DNA from: Macrostomum lignano
Taxonomy: Eukaryota
Length of the DNA stretch: 64,000 nucleotides
Direction: 5' to 3'
Assembly: GCA_002269645.1 (NCBI GenBank)
Contig: NIVC01000217.1
Span: forward strand, 620,001 to 684,000
Below the pieces are notes generated by a model, which saw only the letters and a program-made list of their open reading frames with translations, searched no databases and was not told the DNA's origin. The translations under genes and the position numbers were made by a program. Below, in pieces: positions 1-11,894 of the stretch (its first letter is position 1; each line of letters opens with the position of its first letter).

Positions 1-400
1 ATATCTGTCAATTATTATTATTGTTAGTATTGATAGTAATCACTTAGTAACAATGTCTGATTTATTTATTATAAGAAAAATGATTACAACTGCATTCATC
101 TTAACTTTGTGCCTATATCCCTAACAATCTGGCTTTAAAAATCAATGCTAGGACTTAAATAGTTACTCTCTCGAAAGGTATAAAACTATCAAATTCATAT
201 ATTTCCACAGAGTTCACTGCTCTACCCCCTACCTAGGACATCAAGAACTCTAATTGTTAAAGTTTTTTAGGTCTCTGTTATTGAGTGGCCAATATTACTA
301 GAGCTTCAAATTAAAATAAACTCAAATAGTTTAACATTCAAAGCATTCCAATCCATCATTCAGCGACAGCCCTCCCAGTGGCTGCCAGCTTCCATCGCGC

Positions 401-3400
401 ATGGACTTCCGTCAGGAGTATTTGCAGCTCCTTGCCGACCGGCTGCCAGCCGGCTCCGCTAGTCAGGCCTCGCCGCCAGATGCCTTCGACATTGGCAGCT
501 ACCCGGACTCCCAGGAGCAGCTGCGGGCGCTTCGCAGCCTTGCCAAGGAGCGCCAAGCTCTTGTAGACCAGCTGACAGCTCGCCTACACTTCGAGAAGCT
601 CACCGTTCAATTCGCTAAAAAGTGCGCCGATTTCTTGGAAAGCAACGGCGTTGTCATTGGCAACAACAGCAACAGTGCAGCCGGCAGCGGCCAGACGGCA
701 TCTTCAGGCGAGCCGGACCAAGAATCGGACACGGAAACCTTGTGCGAGGAGACCGGCTCGCTTAGGGACTACCTTCGAGACGAGACTGCCGACCAACAGG
801 TAAGAATTCACCAGACTGAATCAGATATTAGTAGTCAATAAATACGTAGGCATCATTGAAAAATCCCCATAGTAATTGCCATGGGGACAGGAGGGAATTT
901 TTACCGTGACTTTATGGGCAGATGGGCAGGGGCGTCGCCATGCATTTTATGGTGTGTGGGGGGGGGACAAAGCCAAGAATTCTACATGTGCATGCACATT
1001 ATTTTCTGAATCGGTGTTGTCAGCGCTCATTTTAGCGCCGCAGGCACTCATTTTAGCGCCGCAGGCTTTCATTTTAGCGCCGCAGGCACTCATTTTAGCG
1101 CCGCAGGCACTCATTTTAGCGTCGCAGGCACTCATTTTAGCGCCGCAGGCACTCATTTTAGCGCCGCAGGCGCTCATTTTAGCGCCGAAGGCACTCATTT
1201 TAGCGCCACAGGCACTCATTTTGGCGCCACAAGCACTCATTTTGGCACCCTGAAGCAGAATTGTTGATTTTCATCACGGGTCATGAGGTTGGGTGGGGGA
1301 GACCTGCCCAGCAGTCCCCTGGAAGTTTCCTACCTAACAAACTAAACTCTCCCGTCCTTCTGTATGAGTCGTCATCTTATTAAAGCACTATAGAAGCCCA
1401 AACTCGAACCCATCGCTACCAGCAGGTGTCGCCGAAGCAGCCGGAGCCCGAGTACTCTCCCCTTGTCGAAGTGCAGCGCCGCAAACAGTCGGGCAGACGA
1501 AAGAAACCTCCGCCTCCGCCTGTAATTAGAAAGCAGCACCAACAGGCGTCATCGGCTACTAATAGTAGTAGCGGCGGTTCAGGCAGCAACAAAATCTCTG
1601 TAGATGCCTGTTTCAGCGTGTACAGCGAGCCGCCAGCTGCTGAGAGCTCCGGCGCTGAGCCGCTGTACGAAGAGCTGCTCCGCTCGCTGGTTGCCGAGCC
1701 GCCAGAGCCGCCTCCGTGTCCCGAGTCTGAGAAGTCCCGACAGCGCTACGAACTTGCTCAACGAGTACTGAAAGAGGAGACCTTTCATTTGAATATACTC
1801 AAGGTGCTGCAGCAGTATTCTAACGCACTGCAATTGCGGGTTGGCCGAAATAAACCGGAATTGGTGCAGCAGCTGTTCTATAGGTTGGATGAGCTGCTAG
1901 AAATACAGGTGATGAGGCTTTAGTTGTGTGTGTAAATGTGCTCATTTTATTGATATTGCAATTGATATTTTTCATAGATATTTGATTGCCCGATCCTAAC
2001 CTTAGCCATTATCCCAGCCCAGACCTAAATCCAACCTAAAACAAACCTATCCTAAACTTAACCCAATCTAAACCTAAACTAAACCCAACCAAACCTAAAC
2101 CCTAACCTAACCTAACCTAAAATAACCCAACCTAAAATAAACCTAACTCGACCTAAACCCCAGCCTAAACTAAACCCAACCAAGCCTAAAACCAACCCAA
2201 CCTAAAATAAACCTAACTCGACCTAAACCCAACCCAAAACCTAAACTTAACCTACACTCAACTCAAACTGAACCTAAAGCCTAACCTAAATGGTTGCCAG
2301 TGAGTTAGCTGTCAGTCAATTTGAGGCAATGTTTAATCATTGAATCATTCTCACCATCCCCAACCCCAGGAACAATTCATTCGTACATTGGAAGCGAGAC
2401 TACCTCAATGGTCTGAGCGAACTACCATTGCTGACTTGTATCTGTCACTGGTGCAGCGGGATGTTGTGCTAGATTATACCAGGTAATGCAATCTTTGTCA
2501 ATATTGACTATTTGTACTTCGATACATATCGGTAGATTTTTTACAGACACTTGGATCTGGCTAAGCAAGCCCTGGTGAAGCTGGAGACCAGTGCAGAATT
2601 CCGCGACATGTTCAAGACCAACGTGAAGAGCGGGGGAAACAGCGCGGCAACTCCCAGCTCTGAGAAGTTCATGATTGCGGTGGCCAATCCGGGTGGCAGC
2701 ATGGAGGAGATTAGCGTGTCCGATGCCATCGCAATGCCAGCTAAGTGGCTGGTTACGCATTCGGAGAATTGCAAAATGCTGGTATGTTGGTTGGGTAAAG
2801 GACTCACGTCACTGAGGGAGAGATAAGGATCACTCAAGGCACTGAGGGAGAGATAAGGACTCCAGGCACTGAGGGAGAGATAAGGACTCAAGGCACTGAG
2901 ACAGAGATAAGGACTCAAGGCACTGAGACAGAGATAAGGACTCAAGGCACTGAGACAGAGATTAGGACTCAAGGCACTGAGGGAGAGATAAGGACTCAAG
3001 TCACTGAAGGAGAGATAAGGACTCAAGGCACTGAGACCGAGATAAGGATAACTCAAGTCACTGAGACAGAGATAAGGATAACTCAAGTCACTGAAGGAGA
3101 GATAAGGACTCAAATCACTGTTGGAGTGATAAGGACTCAAGGCACTGAGGGAGAGATAAGGACTCAAGTCACTGAAGGAGAGATAAGGACTCAAGTCACT
3201 GTTGGAGAGATAAGGACTCAAGTCACTGAAGGAGAGATAAGGACTCAAGTCACTGTTGGAGAGATAAGGACTCAAGTCACTGAAGGAGAGATAAGGATCA
3301 CTCAAGTCACTGAGGGAGAGATAAGGACTCAAATCACTGAGGGAGAGATAAGGACTCAAGTCACTGTTGGAGAGATAAGGACTCAAGTCACTGAAGGAGA

Positions 3401-6400
3401 GATAAGGATCACTCAAGTCACTGAGGGAGAGATAAGGACTCAAGTCACTGGTGGAGAGATAAGGATCACTTAAGTCACTGAGGGAGAGATAAGCACTCAA
3501 ATCAAATCACTGAGGGAGAGATAAGCACTCAAATCAAATCACTGAGGGAGAGATAAGGACTCAAGTCACTCAAGGAGAGATAAGGACTCAAGTCACTCAA
3601 GGAGAGATAAGGACTCAAGTCACAGGTGTGCAAAGAGTCGGACTCCATCCACTAGAAGTTGCAATCAGCAGTAAGCAGCCCATGCCACCCACACTGCTCT
3701 CCTTCCTCCCAGAGCCAGCTCACACCGGAAAGCCACGACGATCGTCGAGGCTTTCAAAGCTTCTGCGACCAGGTTCGCCGCGCTTTCGAAGACCTCTCGA
3801 CAGGTGGCGGCGGCGGAGGCGGCCATTCGGCTGGTAACGGTAGCGGTGGAGCCGCAGGCGGAGCTCCCCGGCGCCTGCTGAAGCAGCAGATGGTGGTGGA
3901 GCTGTGCGGCAGTCATTCGCAGAAGCTCCGCCGCCTGTTCCTATTCACCGACGCGCTGGTCTGCGCTCGACAGAAGCTGGCGTCCAATGGCGAGTTCGAC
4001 CTGGTGCTGAAGTGGTACATCCCAAAGTCCGCCTTCGTGCTGTTCGACCAGCGGCGGTTGCCCTCAGACTTTGAGAACAAGCGCAAAGAGACGGTTAACG
4101 GGCTCAAAGCCAAGATCAAGCAGGTGCAATCGGAGATTGCCAAGCTCAAGGTTGAAGCCTCTACAAATGCTATTAAAGGACCCGATATGAGGAATTTCTT
4201 CAAGACCAGCGCTAGCAGAAGGTTGGATCGGAGCTTTGACCAGCTCAAGAAACTGCAGGTTTGTTAGTTAGTGCTCTAGAGGGCTGTGCGGTACCTCTGA
4301 CCGTTTGTTCTCAACTCCCAGATCCTCAGTTGCTGGGCCAGCCTCCCAAATCCTCAGTTGCTGGGTCAGCCTCCCAGATCCTCAGTTGCTGGGCCAGCCT
4401 CCCAGATCCTCAGTCATTAGGCCAGCCTCCCAGATCCTCAGTTGCTGGGCCAGCTTCCTAGATCCTCAGTTGCTGGGCCAGCCTCCCAGAGTGTCAGTTG
4501 CTGGGTCAGCCTCCCAGATCCTCAGTTGCTGAGCCAGCCTCCCAGATCCTCAGTTACTGGGCCAGCCTCCCAGATCCTCAGTTGCTGGGCCAGCCTCCCA
4601 GATCCTCAGTTGCTGGGCCAGCCTCCCATATCGTCAGTTGCTAGGCCAGCCTCTCAGATCCTCAGTTGCTGGGTCAGCCTCCCATATCCTCAGTCGCTGG
4701 GCCAGCCTCGCAAATCCTCAGTTGCTGGGCCAGCCTCCCAGATCCTCAGTTGCTGGGCCAACCTCCCAAATCCTCAGTTGCTGGGCCAGCCTCCCAGATC
4801 CTCAGTTGCTGGGCCACCAGCCTCCCAGATCCTCAGTTGCTGGGCCACCAGCCTCCCAGATCCTCAGTTGCTGGGCCACCAGCCTCCCAGATCCTCAGTT
4901 GCTGGGCCACCAGCCTCCCAGATCCTCAGTTGCTGGGCCACCAGCCTCCCAGATCCTCAGTTGCTGGGCCAGCCTCCCAAATCCTCAGTTGCTGGGCCAG
5001 CCTCCCAGATCCTCAGTTGCTGGGCCACCAGCCTCCCAGATCCTCAGCCACCCCCACCCCCACCTCACCAACCCCAGGGCCAGCTCATCGTGTCGGTGCC
5101 CAGCCTGCCGCTTAAGGTCGGCCGCATCAACGAGAAGCAGTACGTCCTGTTGCTGTCATCCGAGCTGGAGAAGCGCGAGTGGGAGACTCTGCTTTCGGAG
5201 ACCCTGCTACAGAACTACCAGACTCTGAACTCGGCCAGGCCAGCCCCTATGACTGTGGCCGAGGCCACTGAACTGCTGGCCGCCCATCGGTACGTCGCTC
5301 GCGGAGTCACCGATCTGGGCTATCACTATCTGAAGAAGTCGCCAAGCCCGGCAGAGTCGGAGGATGACATGGATAATGAGGGGCTGATCGGGACTCTGAA
5401 GGTGCGATATTTGTGTCTATTTCTATTTCCCATTGAAAATGTGACCGTTATAAAAATCACAAAAGAGTTCACTGCAGACAACTCAGCTTATTGAGTAACG
5501 AGCGCATCACGTGAGTTGCAGCAGAATCGTATGAGTGGGTGAAAAAAATCCTACTTATCTGCAATGGAATGCAGCGAGTCGGTTTCGGCATTCTCCGTGA
5601 TGACATCATGAGTCTCAGAATCCAATGTATGCAAAATTTCCATGGTTTTAGCTGATTTACTTTTTCAATAAAAAATGAAGCACTACTCGTTTTAAGTAGG
5701 TGCAGTGCTTTCTCTTTCAAAAAGCTAGTATCTGTAGCCCTGCTGACCATGTCGGCTGGAACGGAGTTTTTTGTATTTATAGCTCCGGCGCGCGAAAAGG
5801 TTTTAAACACAACCGACGAGAGGCATTACCGCCCATTCTGGCCGACTCCCCTTAGCAGGCGCACAAGCTCGCGGATACGTACGCAGTCACACAGGAGTGT
5901 ACAGCGGCCTTAACTTTAATTATCGTTAGACACCTAGCAATCAGCCCACCCCCCGCCCAGTTGGGGAGCCAGTATGTAGCTTCTCTTTGCAATACCTCAG
6001 CGATGCCCCCCATAAGCCTTGACATCTCAGCGATTCCCCCCCTCCCCGTGAGCCTTAGCATGTTTTTGTCGCAGGCTTAAATTGGTATATTGCTAACGTC
6101 CCTCCCTCAGGTGGTGATTCACAAGATCGAAGGCCTGGTGCAGGCGGGCAGCTACGGTGTTGCTATCGAGCTAAACGATCTCAGCCATCACTACTGCCGC
6201 ATCCATGCCACCCAGTTTGTTGAGCAAAGTCTGGAGCCAATCTTTGAGAAAGAATTCCAAATCCAGCTGGATGGCACTGAGTCTTCAATTCGGTTTGTTG
6301 TGACCAGATTGGACGAGGCCAAGCGATCCGTGAATGTTGGCCATCTGGATTTGCGATTGTACAGCGCTAGTCTGAAGGACTACTATGCCAAGTGTCATTA

Positions 6401-8041
6401 CCTGACTCAGGCTGACCGGAGTAGCGCCCTACTGCTCACTCTGAGCCTGGATTTTGTGCCCAGCCTGCTGAGCTTAACAAGGGAGGCGCCGCCTGGTCGG
6501 GCAGCTGTTTTTGGCGCCCCGCTGAGCCAGTTGGTCGACTCGGCCGGCGCCGGGGTGCCACGGGTGGTGCAAAGCCTGACACGGGCCATCGAGAAGCGTA
6601 TTGACGAGCTGGGGATCTACAGGATATCTGGATCTATCTAGGCGGCACTCGAATGGTCTCTGGATCTGCAGGTAAGTGAATGGCACTCTATCTAGGTTCA
6701 AAATGGTACTCTTATCTAGGTTCAAAATGGCACTATATCTAGCTTCAAATGGTACTCTATTTTAGCTTCAAAATGGCACTCTTATCTAGCCTCAAAATGG
6801 CACTCTTATCTAGCTCCAAAATGGCACTTTATCTAGCTTCAAAAGGCACCCTTATCTAGCTTCGAAATGGCACTCTTACCTAGCCTCAAAATAGCACTCT
6901 TATCTAGTCTCAAAATGGCATTCTTATCTAGCCTCAAAATAGCACTCTTATCTAGCCTCAAAATGGCACTCTTATCTAGCCTCAAAATGGCACTCTTATC
7001 TAGCCTCAAAATGGCACTCTTATCTAGCCTCAAAATGGCATTATTATCTAGCCTCAAAATAGCACTCTTATCTAGCCTCAAAATGGCACTCTTATCTAGC
7101 CTCAAAATAGCACTCTTATCTAGCCTCAAAATGGCACTCTTATCTTGCCTCAAAATGGCACTCTTATCTAGCCTCAAAATGGCAATCTTATCTAGCCTCA
7201 AAATGGCAATCTTATCTAGCCTCAAAATGGCACTTTTATCTAGCTTCAAAATGGCACTCTTATCTAGCTTTGAAATGGCACTCTTATCTAGCCTCAAAAT
7301 GGCACTCTTATCTAGCTTTGAAATGGCACTCTTATCTAGCTTTGAAATGGCACTCTTATCTAGCCTCAAAATGGCACTTTTATCTAGCTTGAAAATGGCA
7401 CTCTTATCTAGCTTTGAAATGGCACTCTTATCTAGCCTCAAAATGGCACTCTTATCTAGCTTTGAAATGGCACTCTTATCTAGCCTCAAAATGGCACTCT
7501 TATCTCGCTTCAACGACTACAGCCCATAATTCACTGAACTCACTAAATATTCTCTGATCTGCAGGAGGTCAAGGCCACCATAGACGCCTCGCCAGAAATG
7601 GCCTGTCGCGCCCTGGACGGTGTTGACGTGCACCTGTTGACCGGCTTATTAAAGCTGTTCCTACGCGAACTGCCTGAGCCTCTGATGACCACCCAGCTGT
7701 ACCAGCCGCTCATGCACGCCATGGACATCAAAGATGATCGCGAGAAGGACTCGAAATTCGCCGAACTGATGACCCAACTGCCCGAACCCAATCGGAGCAC
7801 AGTGGCTCACATATTCGATCATCTGCTCAAAGTTGACGAGCATTCCTCTATTAATAAAATGTCCCTAGCCAATATGGGTATCATATTCGGGCCAACAATG
7901 ATCTGCCCGGCCACTTCGTCTCTGCCGGACACGGTGAAAGTGTCCGGGTTGCACACGATCAGACAGGGTGGCATTCTGGTTCGATTGCTCAACTTGCATA
8001 AACAGGGCCGACTGCCTGCTCTGGCCGCTGCGAACAAATGA
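401..8041 (+). CDS. BCR: BCR/ABR-like Rho GEF/GAP (N-terminal coiled-coil, DH, PH, C2, RhoGAP); multi-exon
   Basis: Exons by GT-AG and phase: 401-799, 1426-1908, 2370-2482, 2547-2781, 3713-4258, 5078-5401, 6111-6671, 7565-8041. Motifs: DH helices EETFHLNILKVL and TPESHDD (cf. BCR TPASHPD); PH RRLFLFTDALVCAR...LKWYIP; C2 region; RhoGAP GIYRISG...DVHLLTGLLKLFLRELPEPL...NKMSLANMGIIFGPT. There is an in-frame TAG at 6639-6641 (see findings). Confidence 0.88.
1022..1251. repeat. 21-bp minisatellite GCACTCATTTTAGCGCCGCAG (BCR intron 1)
   Basis: About 11 visible tandem units. Confidence 0.95.
1998..2290. repeat. Degenerate (AACCT/CCTAA)n array (BCR intron 2)
   Basis: Repeated cctaa/cccaa pentamers. 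Confidence 0.8.
2805..3625. repeat. 24-27-bp minisatellite GAGGGAGAGATAAGGACTCAAGTCACT (BCR intron 4)
   Basis: Visible tandem units; source of ORFs 2541-3500 and 3126-3473. Confidence 0.95.
4311..5050. repeat. 28-32-bp minisatellite CCTCCCAGATCCTCAGTTGCTGGGCCAG (BCR intron 5)
   Basis: Visible tandem units. Confidence 0.95.
6678..7507. repeat. 24-bp minisatellite AAAATGGCACTCTTATCTAGCCTC (BCR intron 7)
   Basis: Visible tandem units. Confidence 0.95.
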
Positions 8042-9124
8042 TTGTAAAATTATATAATTGTTTGACTGATTTGAGATAATAAATCTACGTTAAATAGTCT
8101 ATGGTACTGTAGCTAAATGAGAATCCATATGTGTTCCCCATTTAAACAAGCACGAGCGATGTTAAGCTAGCATGGCCATAGACTATTCCTACGCCTGTAT
8201 ATGCCATAGACTATAGGTGGAGTATCAAACTGAGACCCTCGTCGCGACCCCTGATTCGATTCTCCGTACATTTGTTAGCCAAAGAGTTGTCAGGCGATTC
8301 ACACTTCAGGCGTCAAAGCTATTCAGCAGTTGCAGCTGCCAAATCGTGTAAATGAGAAATTGATTGACTACAACTACTTATCTTGCATGCCAGTAGAATT
8401 TTTAAAACATTTTTAAAGATTCTTCTCTTTAAGAAAGAGGTTTTATTTAATTAAGTTTTTTCGGATATATGCTACTGCATAAAAATGAGTAGCTGGTTTT
8501 GCACATTTTGCCCTTCTAGTTTTTTAATCAAAGTACATTATAATCTTTCTATTGAATTTATTCCTGCACCGGCTGTAACTCAATTCACTGTGCCATCGGG
8601 GCAGTTTTGCACAAATTCAATTTTTTTGCTCTGAACTTGTTTTTAAAAAATGTACATATTCTTATTGTTATTCATTTTACCTATTCCATCGACTAATAAA
8701 TGGTGCTTGTCTATTTTATTATATGCATATAGAGGCTCTTTTTAATTTGACTATTTTGTCAATTTGTAAATAGTAAATGTTCACGCATAGCCTTGCTTGT
8801 ATTCATGTGTGCCTTTCAATAAATAATAAACATAACCGACTATTGTTTTGACTGTGCCCCTATCCGCTATGTAAGTGTTCTTTGCATTTTGTATCTTTAA
8901 TAAATAATTCTGATTTTTAAAGATTGTCTATATATGTATCAAAATATTTATATCTAGTATACTGTACTCTTCATAGCCTGTTTAACGTAGTATAAAGGCG
9001 GTCTGGCTGGAATTTTTTCTCATTTTTCGCTGAACCAACTGTCCATATCTTACTGCTATTTTATTTGTTGTGTGTTTTATTTATAGCATTTTCCAAACTG
9101 ATGAAATGATTGCATCGTCTCTCT

Positions 9125-9410
9125 ACACATAGCCAATGAGAAAGCAGTAAAGTGAGAGGTCGAAGTGAGGCGGACGAAACCCAGCCTATGGGCAGGCCCA
9201 ATCTGGCTCAGCCAATGAGAGAGCAGTAAGGAGAGAGGGCAAAGTCAGACGGACGAAACTCAGCCCCAGGGGAGGGGGACAGTCCCAATCTGGCTCAGCC
9301 AATCAGAGGGCAGTCAGGAGAGAGATCAAAGTCAAACGGACGAAACCCAGTCTAAGGGGCAGGCCCAATCTGGCTCAGCCAATGAGAGAGCAGTAAGAAG
9401 AGAGGTCCAA
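9125..9410. repeat. Three to four degenerate ~85-bp units with paired CCAAT boxes
   Basis: AGCCAATGAGAGAGCAGTAAG...GGACGAAAC...CCCAATCTGGCTCAGCCAAT repeated. Confidence 0.75.
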
Positions 9411-9489
9411 GTGTGACACAAGCGGACAAGAGGAAAGCCTGACTCGAGGCTGGGGCACCAATCTTTTTCATTCTTGTTCGCTATAATAA

Positions 9490-9720
9490 TAACTGATTAC
9501 TCGCACACCTGCCCTGGGCAGATGTGCAACCGACAGCTCAGCCGCAGCTATTGTTGGCACCCATTTTACGTACAGCTGGGTGAACTGAAGCAATAAAGAG
9601 TTGAGTCATTTGCTTAAGGACTCAAATTGTTCCGAGTGGGTTAAGAATCGAACCCCCGACCTTTCAGTTGTAAGTCCCATGCTCAAACCACTCTAGGCTA
9701 CAATCCCCTCCCTAGGCGAT
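9490..9720 (-). mobile_element. tRNA-derived SINE with a CORE-like central domain (copy 1)
   Basis: Minus strand has A-box-like TAGCCTAGAGTGG, B-box GGGTTCGATTC (9645-9656) and CORE-like CCTTAAGCAAATGAC...TTGCTTCAGTTCACCCAGCTGTACGTAAAATGGGTGCC. Homologous to 35590-35860. Confidence 0.75.
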
Positions 9721-10344
9721 AGAAACTTGAAATATCTACTTTTACTTATATACTCGTAAAAGCAGAAAACGCTAACATTACTACTGAAAAAGAGTAGATG
9801 GGGCGCATATTTTGCGTGTGACCTCTAGTTATTCTAGTATCTGGTGAGCTGAATTGGCTCGGAGAATGTTATCCAGGTTTCTTTGCGATTCACCATCTCC
9901 CGTCTTTTACTAAATTTATATGATAATTAATTACAATACTTATTTAATTGCGCTCAATACATTTCATTACTAGCTTCCTGTGTACTTTTGTACCATTTGA
10001 TAAGGTTGGTGTATTCTAAACACTAAGCATCGACTTCTTGCTCGATATTCAGCCAGAGATGTTCGACTCATTCTTATCGCCATTCAAGCGTCATTATTGA
10101 AATTGATATTTTTTATCAAATTGCTGTTCAATCATTTTTAAAATCCAATAATTATAAAGATAGTATATTTGTCAGAAGCACAAAATTTTATTTTTTAACA
10201 AAATAACAATATATATAAGTGTGCTTGTGTCTTCCACAGCCCTCTCTTGTTAATGATATTGTTGTCGGTTTCAACTGCTGAAACTGCGAAATGTCTGCCA
10301 TGAGATCTTTTTGTCTGCTGTTTGCTTCATTTCGGCTTCCAGCC

Positions 10345-11400
10345 AACCCCTCCGTGATCCATCAGGTGGGCCACCGCTGCCAACCCCTCCCTGATCCTTC
10401 AGGTGAGCCACCGCCGCCACCCTCCCTGATCCTTCAGGTGAGCCACCGCTGCCACCCTCCCTGATCCTCCAGGTGAGCCACCGCTGCCACCCTCCCTGAT
10501 CCTTCAGGTGAGCCACCCCTGTCACCCTCCCTGATCCTCCAGGTGAGCCACCGCTGCCACCCTCCCTGATCCTTCAGGTGAGCCACCGCTGCCACCCTCC
10601 CTGATCCTCCAGGTGAGCCACCGCTGCCACCCTCCCTGATCCTTCAGGTGAGCCACCGCTGTCACCCTCCCTGATCCTCCAGGTGAGCCACCGCTGCCAC
10701 CCTCCCTGATCCTTCAGGTGAGCCACCGCTGCCACCCTCCCTGATCCTCCAGGTGAGCCACCGCTGCCACCCTCCCTGATCCTCCAGGTGAGCCACCCTC
10801 CCTGATCCTTCAGGTGAGCCACCGCTGCCACCCTTCCTGATCCTTCAGGTGAGCCACCGCTGCCACCCTCCCTGATCCTTCAAGTGAGCCACCGCTGCCA
10901 CCCTCCCTGATCCTTCAGGTGAGCCACCGCTGCGACCCTCCCTGATCCTCCAGGTGAGCCACCCTCCCTGATCCTTCAGGTGAGCCACCGCTGCCACCCT
11001 CCCTGATCCTCCAGGTGAGCCACCGCTGCCACCCTCCCTGATCCTCCAGGTGAGCCACCCTCCCTGATCCTTCAGGTGAGCCACCGCTGCCACCCTCCCT
11101 GATCCTTCAAGTGAGCCACCGCTGCGACCCTCCCTGATCCTCCAGGTGAGCCACCCTCCCTGATCCTTCAGGTGAGCCACCGCTGCCACCCTCCCTGATC
11201 CTTCAAGTGAGCCACCGCTGCCACCCTCCCTGATCCTCCAGGTGAGCCACCGCTGCCACCCTCCCTGATCCTTCAGGTGAGCCACCGCTGCCACCCTCCC
11301 TGATCCTCCAGGTGAGCCACCGCTGCCACCCTCCCTGATCCTCCAGGTGAGCCACCGCTGCCACCCTCCCTGATCCTTCAGGTGAGTTACCGCTGCCAGC
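10345..11400 (+). repeat. 35/26-bp minisatellite GTGAGCCACCGCTGCCACCCTCCCTGATCCTTCAG (family copy A)
   Basis: About 30 tandem units. Confidence 0.95.
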
Positions 11401-11894
11401 CCTGCCAGGTTTGCCAGAAGCGTCGCAATGTAAAAACAATTAAGGGAATTGGTTTGCTGTAAATTCTTCATCTGCATGCAATCCATCATCCGAGGGATCA
11501 ATGCCTTCTATAAATAGAAACCCTGCATTACCTCATGAGATTCTTTATTAGATTATACTAATTATCAACAATGTCATGAGTTGCTGGTCAGTAGATGCTG
11601 GGTTATAAAATAACATTCAGTTTTGTTGCAATAACTAAAAATTCATTCAAGCCGATTCCCCTGCTCTAATTAGCGCTTAACACCTTCCTTTCCTGAAATT
11701 GCTGACCATTTGTGCAGTGTGACTCCAGTGTATGCTGCTGTTTATGGTGCTTTGTTTGGCAGTATTAATATTTAATAGTTGAGTCTCATATGGTGGGGCA
11801 AAGCCAAGGAATACTTGAGCCAAAGCCTGGATATGGGTTTCTTTTGGTTTTCATAAGATACTGAAGTAAGCACACTGTTAACTCAAGAGCATAA

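Noticed and set aside
1998-2290. Telomere-like CCTAA repeats
   Set aside because: Highly degenerate, intronic and not the (TTAGGG)n type; an ordinary simple repeat.
3626-3712. Apparent BCR exon start at 3626 with an in-frame TAG at 3653 (a second premature stop or recoding)
   Set aside because: The acceptor at 3712 (ctccttcctcccag) gives CKML|SQLTPESHDD, which aligns directly with BCR DLLKHTPASHPD, so 3626-3712 is intronic.
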